A stretch of DNA of 64,000 nucleotides from NCBI GenBank assembly GCA_965203555.1, contig CBDBCY010000004.1:2400001-2464000 (forward strand), written 5' to 3'. The translations under genes and the position numbers were made by a program. Of the stretch, positions 57,983 to 64,000 are shown one piece after another; the stretch's first letter is position 1; every line of letters begins with the position of its first letter. Below the pieces are notes generated by a model. It searched no databases. It was given only the letters and a program-made list of their open reading frames with translations, and was not told the DNA's origin. The DNA is from Acidimicrobiia bacterium (GTDB lineage Bacteria > Actinomycetota > Acidimicrobiia > Spongiisociales > ZC4RG35).

Positions 57983-59623
57983 TCACCTCGTCATGAATGG
58001 AACGTATTCGGGTATTTCGCCAAGAAGGTAGGCGCCGAGCATCCTGGCCTGAACTTCGAAGACTCGGCGACAAGTTATCCGGTACTTGTAGGTGGGGTGC
58101 GTCACCTGTTGGTCGAGTCGGCGTTCGTAGGCTTTGATGAAGGTTCTCCGTCCCTGGCTGGTCAGTGCTACACCCTGGGCACGTATGACGAAGCCGCTTC
58201 TTCTTATCTCTTCATTGTTGATGAGGGTCAAGACGACCGATTCGGCAACAAGAGGTCGAAACTCCTCGGCCAAATCAAGCGCTAGGGCTGGCCGACCGAA
58301 TCTGGGACGATGGTAGACGCCGAGATATGGGTCGAAGCCCACTGCGAGGGCTGTGGCTGTGAAGTCTTTGACCAGCATCGAATACCCAAAGGACAGCAGA
58401 CAATTGACAGGATCACGCGGTGGTCGGCGGTTTCGGCTGTGAAAGTCAAAGGTGCCCAAGCTGTCGTTCTTGAGCATCGCGGCAAACCGGGAGAAGTACA
58501 GGCGGGCGGCGGTGCCTTCGATCCCCAGCAGAGATTCGATTGAGGGAGCTGATCTGGCTTGGCCGGCGAGAGTGTTGAGTTGGGCGAGAACGCGATCAAC
58601 ATCTACTCGGGAGTTACGTCGAAGAATTGTACGGGAGTTTCGGATCTTGCCTTCGATCATGCGTTGCGCAATGGGCAGTCCCGCCTGGGAGGCAATGGCT
58701 ACTTGGCGTCGTCGCAGTTCGACGTGTTTCGACGGCAAGCCGTGGGCGATGCCCTGGAACCAGCCTCCCCATGAGAACCAGCAGACCGGCGTTTCTCGCA
58801 TGAAGGCTGCCCGCATGAACTGGGAACTGATCTGGACATTGCCGTAGACCGATACCTGGGAGACATCGATCATGCGGACGGCCTTGATCCGCTCGTAGCT
58901 CTTGGACACCACCGCTCTGCCTCCCCTGATACCGATCCTCGCTCCCTGCTCTGTCACATACAAAGGACGGGCTGAAGGATCGCGGGGAACGAGGCGACGA
59001 GGCCGTTTGGCGGAGCGCTTTGTGTGCAGGTTGGTCTCGTCCGGGAGGCAGATGCCCACCAGCGAACACCTCGGACATTTCGGGCTATCGACCAATGGAG
59101 GTGGAGGTTCGGATTTCGAAGCGACCTGGCGCAACTCCTCGACAAGTTGGAGGGTCTTGGATATGAGTTGGTCATCGAAGGGAATTGTGACTCGCTGACG
59201 GATCTCTGCGAAGTAGATCTCTCCCTCAGAACAGTCGTAACCGTTGTCACGAAGCAAGAGACCGATCGCGCACAACTGAACGAGCTCTGGTGACCATGCG
59301 GGGCCATGCTTGGGCGGTCGACCCCGCTTAACCTCTACAGGAGTCACTTGGCCGTTCCCTCCCTCGATGATGTCTGCTTTGGCGATCAGCCCCAATCTTT
59401 CCGACCCCAACATCACAGACCGGGCCTTGCGCACGGGGTCTTCTTCCTCCGGTCCTGCGATCCGACCTCCCCCTGGATCAACGTTCCGATGCACATAACG
59501 ACCTTCCACCGTGTCGGGGTTGTCCACAAATCGAGACTGGACCCACTCCAAATAGAAAAGCCGCGGACAGTATTCGAACTCGTTGACCATCCGAGCCGGA
59601 ACCAAGGCCGGTACGTCAGACAT
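57983..59623 (-). CDS. cas1: Cas4-Cas1 fusion
   Basis: Cas4 YCPRLFY, ADIIE, EVKRG, CPRCSLVGIC; Cas1 LLGIEGTAARLYF, RNRRPPRDPVN, LALDLAEEFR. Confidence 0.95.
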   Translation of the reverse strand: MSDVPALVPARMVNEFEYCPRLFYLEWVQSRFVDNPDTVEGRYVHRNVDPGGGRIAGPEEEDPVRKARSVMLGSERLGLIAKADIIEGGNGQVTPVEVKRGRPPKHGPAWSPELVQLCAIGLLLRDNGYDCSEGEIYFAEIRQRVTIPFDDQLISKTLQLVEELRQVASKSEPPPPLVDSPKCPRCSLVGICLPDETNLHTKRSAKRPRRLVPRDPSARPLYVTEQGARIGIRGGRAVVSKSYERIKAVRMIDVSQVSVYGNVQISSQFMRAAFMRETPVCWFSWGGWFQGIAHGLPSKHVELRRRQVAIASQAGLPIAQRMIEGKIRNSRTILRRNSRVDVDRVLAQLNTLAGQARSAPSIESLLGIEGTAARLYFSRFAAMLKNDSLGTFDFHSRNRRPPRDPVNCLLSFGYSMLVKDFTATALAVGFDPYLGVYHRPRFGRPALALDLAEEFRPLVAESVVLTLINNEEIRRSGFVIRAQGVALTSQGRRTFIKAYERRLDQQVTHPTYKYRITCRRVFEVQARMLGAYLLGEIPEYVPFMTR

Positions 59624-59648
59624 GGTCGTTTATGTTATGACCAGGGTA

Positions 59649-61049
59649 TCAATCAGGTCTGAACAAACCCAGACCGAAATGTGATAGATGCCCCAGTGCC
59701 AGAGGGCCCTCAATGGGACGGTTGAAGACGAGACGAAGTGATCTCGCTGGCCGCGGTCGGCTGGAATAACCTCCTTGTGGACGGGCCCGCCGGAATCTGC
59801 GCCATTCTGGTCTTTTCAATTCTTGGAAGCGGATGGGTTCGGGATATCCCCGATATCCGAGTTCCCGCTTCAAGTCAGAAGTCAAGTGAGCCTTCCTCTT
59901 CTCGTCATCCATCCATTTGGCGCACGACTTTCCGGGAATGTATGGGGTTTGCGACGCCCAGACATCCGATATACCTGTGAATTCGGGAAGGGCCAACTGC
60001 GTTGAAGCAAGTACCTCCAAGCCCAGCCGATATGTGCCGAGCCGACGCAAATGTTCTGGAGCGGACAGTCGACGAAGGCGGGTGACTCCGGCGATTTCTC
60101 GTTCCCCGAGGCCTCCGGGAGCCCAGATGGCCAGGGTGTCGATGCGTCCGTCGTTGGTGGATGAGAATGCAAGGTAGTGCGCGTGCTGGTGTTGGTCATC
60201 GCGAGGTCCTGTTTCCGTTCGACCAGATAGGACATCGGATGGTTCCTTCGTCCGACTAATGACCGCTTGGCGAAGAAGGTGGCATACGGCCACGGTTTCC
60301 GCAACCGGCGGCCTCCCGGTGTCGGGGAGGTGCCAGCGAGCAGCTGTGATTGCAGAGCGTGGTCTTGGTGTAGAGGTTCTTGGTGGTGAGGAACGGCTGT
60401 CAGCGATTGTGTACTGGACCCAACGAGTCTTGGCTGGGTCTTGATGCCTTGACTTCCGGAGTTCGGTTGGACTTTGGCACAAATCCGCAAAGGAGAAGGT
60501 TGGTGTGGGGACCAAGAGACGCAGGACTTCGCCCTCCGCCCTGCCAGGGAAGCAACGAATGGATGCGGATTCGTTCTCGTAGCCATTCTCGAGCAGTCGG
60601 GCGTGGCAAACAGAATCAGCTCGGCCGAGATAAGGTATGGCGCTGACCAGGGTGGAAAGCAATCCACGGTCTTCTTGGTTGACAACATTGGCGAACTCGA
60701 CGATCAGGTCTTGGTCAGGGTGGATAGAAAGGAACGGGTCAAGGGCAAGAGATCGGTTCTTGCCGGGATTGTTCATGCCGTGCTTGTAACTTGGCATGTA
60801 GTGGCGCGTGTGCGCCGATCCTGCTGGAGGTAGCCAATACGCGGGAGGCTCGGCCATCAGGCGGTTCAGCAAATCCATTACACGGCTTTCCTCCAGGCAC
60901 CACAGCCGGGTCTTCCAAACAGAAACAATGGCCCTGAGAATTCGCCAAGGCGACGGCGGCCATTCGACCCTGCCCTCGTTTACGCTGGCGTCCCAAGGCG
61001 TGGCGTGATAGCGGCCCAGCGGAAAACGAAGGGCCACCCGGGTTGTCAT
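59649..61049 (-). CDS. csb2: Type I-G Csb2 (Cas5/Cas6 fusion)
   Basis: GRYHATPW, EWPPSPWRILRA, YLGRADS, GPLALGHLSHFGLGLF. Confidence 0.9.
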   Translation of the reverse strand: MTTRVALRFPLGRYHATPWDASVNEGRVEWPPSPWRILRAIVSVWKTRLWCLEESRVMDLLNRLMAEPPAYWLPPAGSAHTRHYMPSYKHGMNNPGKNRSLALDPFLSIHPDQDLIVEFANVVNQEDRGLLSTLVSAIPYLGRADSVCHARLLENGYENESASIRCFPGRAEGEVLRLLVPTPTFSFADLCQSPTELRKSRHQDPAKTRWVQYTIADSRSSPPRTSTPRPRSAITAARWHLPDTGRPPVAETVAVCHLLRQAVISRTKEPSDVLSGRTETGPRDDQHQHAHYLAFSSTNDGRIDTLAIWAPGGLGEREIAGVTRLRRLSAPEHLRRLGTYRLGLEVLASTQLALPEFTGISDVWASQTPYIPGKSCAKWMDDEKRKAHLTSDLKRELGYRGYPEPIRFQELKRPEWRRFRRARPQGGYSSRPRPARSLRLVFNRPIEGPLALGHLSHFGLGLFRPD

Positions 61050-61993
61050 GCTCTACCCTTCGGGTTCCATACCACCTCAGTGACGGTTTCGGTATCGCGC
61101 AGTTCTCGGCACTCTTCTGCTAGGTGGGCAATCTTTTCTGCCAGCCGAGATGGGTTTGACAGGGATTCAGGCAGATCGCTCTCCACACTGAAAGAGCAGG
61201 CGGTACGCAGTCGCATCTGTTCAGATGCCAGGCTCGCCAGTTCCCATCTTGCCACGGTTTCGAGTATCTCGACCGCTGTAGCGCTTAATCCATAAGATGC
61301 CAGCAGACCGATGTCCAGTGCTGTGCGTAGCCAGATCCTGGCTGCCGTGTACTCGACGCGGTGAAACGGCACCATTCCATATCCCTCAGCCGCACCTCCC
61401 GTAGTCCCGGTCACCTTATGCCTGACATCGTCGGTTTTGACTCCCCCGGAGTGAGCCTCCCGGACATCCTCGGCCTCGATAAAGGCAGTAGTCGCTCTTG
61501 CAATCTTTGGCTGATGGGGCCACTTTCCGACCGCGAAGAAGACCCCGTGGATAAGGTTGAGTGGGTCGAGTCGAAAGATGGTCCGGGCAACTCGACTGGT
61601 GTCAACCGGTCGGTCTTGAACGAGTCCGAAGTCCTCCTCGAGGACTTTGAGAAAGTCCTTCGAGCCCTTCTTGGAGTTGCGGATAAAGGCGGAAGCGAGA
61701 CGATGGGCTTCGGTCCGGCTCGAAGTCAGATACTCACCGCTGTCGTTGACGACTCTCACCCACGGAAGCCCCGCGAGTTGTTCTACAGGATGATTGTCGA
61801 GGTCATTCCAACCCTGCGCTTCCAAGTGATTGGCCATCGACTGTGCGGATTCGACCAACAGCATCTTGGTGGTCTGCCCGTTAGGTCTTGGCTGGTCGTA
61901 CAGAGCCGCTCCCAGATCGGGGAACCCGGTCGGTTGGAAACGTCCGCTTGGCTCGGAACGAAGCGACAGATGGTGTATCTCCTGTTGTGTCAT
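61046..61993 (-). CDS. csb1: Type I-G Csb1 (Cas7 backbone)
   Basis: RFQPTGFPDLG, LLVESAQSMANHLE, EAHRLAS, LIHGVF, SGGVK.D, LRTAC. Confidence 0.9.
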   Translation of the reverse strand: MTQQEIHHLSLRSEPSGRFQPTGFPDLGAALYDQPRPNGQTTKMLLVESAQSMANHLEAQGWNDLDNHPVEQLAGLPWVRVVNDSGEYLTSSRTEAHRLASAFIRNSKKGSKDFLKVLEEDFGLVQDRPVDTSRVARTIFRLDPLNLIHGVFFAVGKWPHQPKIARATTAFIEAEDVREAHSGGVKTDDVRHKVTGTTGGAAEGYGMVPFHRVEYTAARIWLRTALDIGLLASYGLSATAVEILETVARWELASLASEQMRLRTACSFSVESDLPESLSNPSRLAEKIAHLAEECRELRDTETVTEVVWNPKGRA

Positions 61994-64000
61994 TTTGTTT
62001 CTCCTTCGGATGGACGTGGGGGACAAACGTTCCTGATAGCGTGTTCAACGGTGCGGGGAGAGATGGGAATCAATAGAGAGGCGAGAAGCCTGTCGGGCGA
62101 AGGGACACGAATGAATCTGGGTCGCACCGCAGGACTGAATCCTGCCGCCCGTAGCCGAACGATCGCCTCTCGCAGCACGGCTTGGACGTTCCCTGCTCGT
62201 AGTTTTTGTGGCCAGGTGAGCGAAGGAAGCAGATAGCGTTTTTCTTGCTCACCGGTATCTTCGCTGGGGACCTTGACAGGCCGTGCGTGGTAGAAGGGTG
62301 CCAGCAGCGCTCTCGCAACTGAGATGTCCCTTGGCTGATCCCCTGGATCGGCTTTGAAGGATGGGGGATATGCCAGCAGAGAGGCCACAGAAAGAAGTCG
62401 CCGGAGTCGCCGGCCGTCCAGAGGGTTGTTGAGGAAGGCCGACAGGTCAGCCGGGCCTAGCGGTCCTGCGTGGTCGAAGGCCACCAGCGATCCAGACCCC
62501 ACTGCAGGAGCATCCTCTTGGGGCTGGCGGGTCCGAGAGAGCATAGAGCGTGTAACGACTGCGGCTGCTAAGCCCTCAATTACGGTCCTTGACCCAAGAT
62601 AGTCGGGAGGTCGGTCAGCCCATTCGGGAGGCTTCCATGGATCCTTATGAAGCTTGACCGGCCGGAGCAATGCGCTAGCGGATCCGCTTCGCTGCTCGGG
62701 CTCCGTCAGCCTTCTTCCCCCTGGTGGGCGGTCGGCTTGAGTAGCGATTGCCGCCGCCAGTCGCCACTCGAAAGTATTGTCTTCCAGCGCCTCGGCCCAT
62801 CGTCCTGTGTCAAGCGGTGGCAGGGGAAACCCAACACCCTCTCGCAGGTCGGGATTGCGACTGATGGTCTGTTCCAAGGAGGCGAGTTCTGTTAGGAATT
62901 CTTGTAGCGGTTCAGGTCTGTCAGGTTTACGAACAACCTCCATCTGGGCGGCGTCGATACGGCGCAGTGCGGATCTTGCAGCGCCGGGCGGGGACTGTCT
63001 GCGGACACGATTCACCCAGTGATCAGTTTCTCCAAGAAGGCTGACGCGGTCTGCTGGCTGAGCGGCAACGTCAAAAGTACCAACCGGGACTGCGAGTGGC
63101 GACTGCCCAAAGCGTTCGGCGATGACGTATCTCTCGAAGCTGCCTAGTCCCCGGTCAACACCGAGAGTGGTCAAAGCCTTGGCAGCATCCAAGCCATGGG
63201 CCGCATGTCTTCCGTTCCACGAGATCCGCCCTTCTGCGATCACGCGGCGCAATTCCGGTACTGTGAGAGGGCGTTTCCAAAGTGGCGCCCAGAACTCACC
63301 TTTCACGTTCTCGCCTTCGGCGGACGTGTAACCCGCCGGACTACTCGGTACGGTGAACGGGGTGGTAGCCATCCCGCGGGAGCCGCCGAACCTGCGTGCT
63401 ATTCCGGAAGTGAACAGCAAAGTTCCTTCTAAGCCCAAAACGAAACTCCACAAGTTCTCCACGCTCTCAGCACTTCCGAAGGCGGAGGAGTTCATGGTTC
63501 CTGCGGCTCCTGGTGAAAACTGTCCCACTGGCTTTTTATCCAACCGGGGATGACCTTCGTCAAACAGGGAGTGGCTGAGCAGTTTTGCGCTCCGTTTTCG
63601 ATGCCTCGGGTCTAGTAGAAAGGAAAGGGCCTCCATGTAGTTTGTTGCGAGATCCAGCCTTCCGAGATTTCCGCCGGTCCCCAGCAACAGCGGGTATTGA
63701 GGTTTCTTCTCGTCGGCGATCACCACAGTTGCATCTAACCAATCGAGCGCCTCGTCAGGAAAGAGAGATCGACATCGAGCAAGGAAGGTGCTCTTGTCAA
63801 CTTTGAGAATGTATTTGTCATTCTTTCCGACTTGCTTCTCCCACCGCTCCTCGATCCATCCCGATGCCATTCCTTCACCCCACGCACGCCGTGCCTCTTC
63901 TATCGCGAACCGGAATGGTGCAAATCGAGAGCTGTCGTTTGATTCGATCTTGGCAACGGCCCTTTCGCCCTTTTCACACTTCAAAGTTCTGAAACCACCG
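61990..64000 (-). CDS. csx17: Type I-G large subunit Csx17/Cas8g, 5'-partial (frame open to window edge)
   Basis: PLLLGTGGN.GRLD...NYM, GQFSPG, LEG.LLF, GEFWAPLW, RG...F.RY...ER.G. Confidence 0.88.
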   Translation of the reverse strand, partial: GGFRTLKCEKGERAVAKIESNDSSRFAPFRFAIEEARRAWGEGMASGWIEERWEKQVGKNDKYILKVDKSTFLARCRSLFPDEALDWLDATVVIADEKKPQYPLLLGTGGNLGRLDLATNYMEALSFLLDPRHRKRSAKLLSHSLFDEGHPRLDKKPVGQFSPGAAGTMNSSAFGSAESVENLWSFVLGLEGTLLFTSGIARRFGGSRGMATTPFTVPSSPAGYTSAEGENVKGEFWAPLWKRPLTVPELRRVIAEGRISWNGRHAAHGLDAAKALTTLGVDRGLGSFERYVIAERFGQSPLAVPVGTFDVAAQPADRVSLLGETDHWVNRVRRQSPPGAARSALRRIDAAQMEVVRKPDRPEPLQEFLTELASLEQTISRNPDLREGVGFPLPPLDTGRWAEALEDNTFEWRLAAAIATQADRPPGGRRLTEPEQRSGSASALLRPVKLHKDPWKPPEWADRPPDYLGSRTVIEGLAAAVVTRSMLSRTRQPQEDAPAVGSGSLVAFDHAGPLGPADLSAFLNNPLDGRRLRRLLSVASLLAYPPSFKADPGDQPRDISVARALLAPFYHARPVKVPSEDTGEQEKRYLLPSLTWPQKLRAGNVQAVLREAIVRLRAAGFSPAVRPRFIRVPSPDRLLASLLIPISPRTVEHAIRNVCPPRPSEGETK

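Noticed and set aside
61990-64000. Absence of cas3 as evidence of an interference-less system
   Set aside because: The operon runs off the window; cas3 normally lies upstream of csx17 in type I-G

Overview
High-GC actinobacterial window (WhiB, three-subunit Sdh and Cys-paired SLH anchors suggest Acidimicrobiia; a sup-like PKS plus many cadherin/FN3 surface proteins suggest a sponge symbiont - both are inferences). 1-39.5 kb is mostly core genome: 3' end of a type I PKS, sdhCAB, whiB, tatA, peroxiredoxin, moaE, an acyl-CoA ligase/Liv-type ABC operon, mazEF, bioY, lpdA-E2-lipB/lipA fusion, a SpoIID/peptidoglycan-binding protein, tkt and a two-component system. 39.6-54.3 kb is an accessory island of modular SLH-anchored surface proteins: an M1 aminopeptidase, a giant kexin-like S8 protease with a candidate separately encoded chaperone, an orphan duplicated SLH cassette, an orphan N-terminal cassette, and two tandem paralogous exported redoxins whose catalytic CxxC is written TGA-x-x-Cys (candidate UxxC selenoproteins that the ORF track splits in two). 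54.4-64 kb is a defence region: small TA-like modules, an MNT-HEPN fusion, a 6-repeat CRISPR array and a type I-G cas operon running off the window. Several frameshifts are +1 G in G-runs and may be assembly errors.
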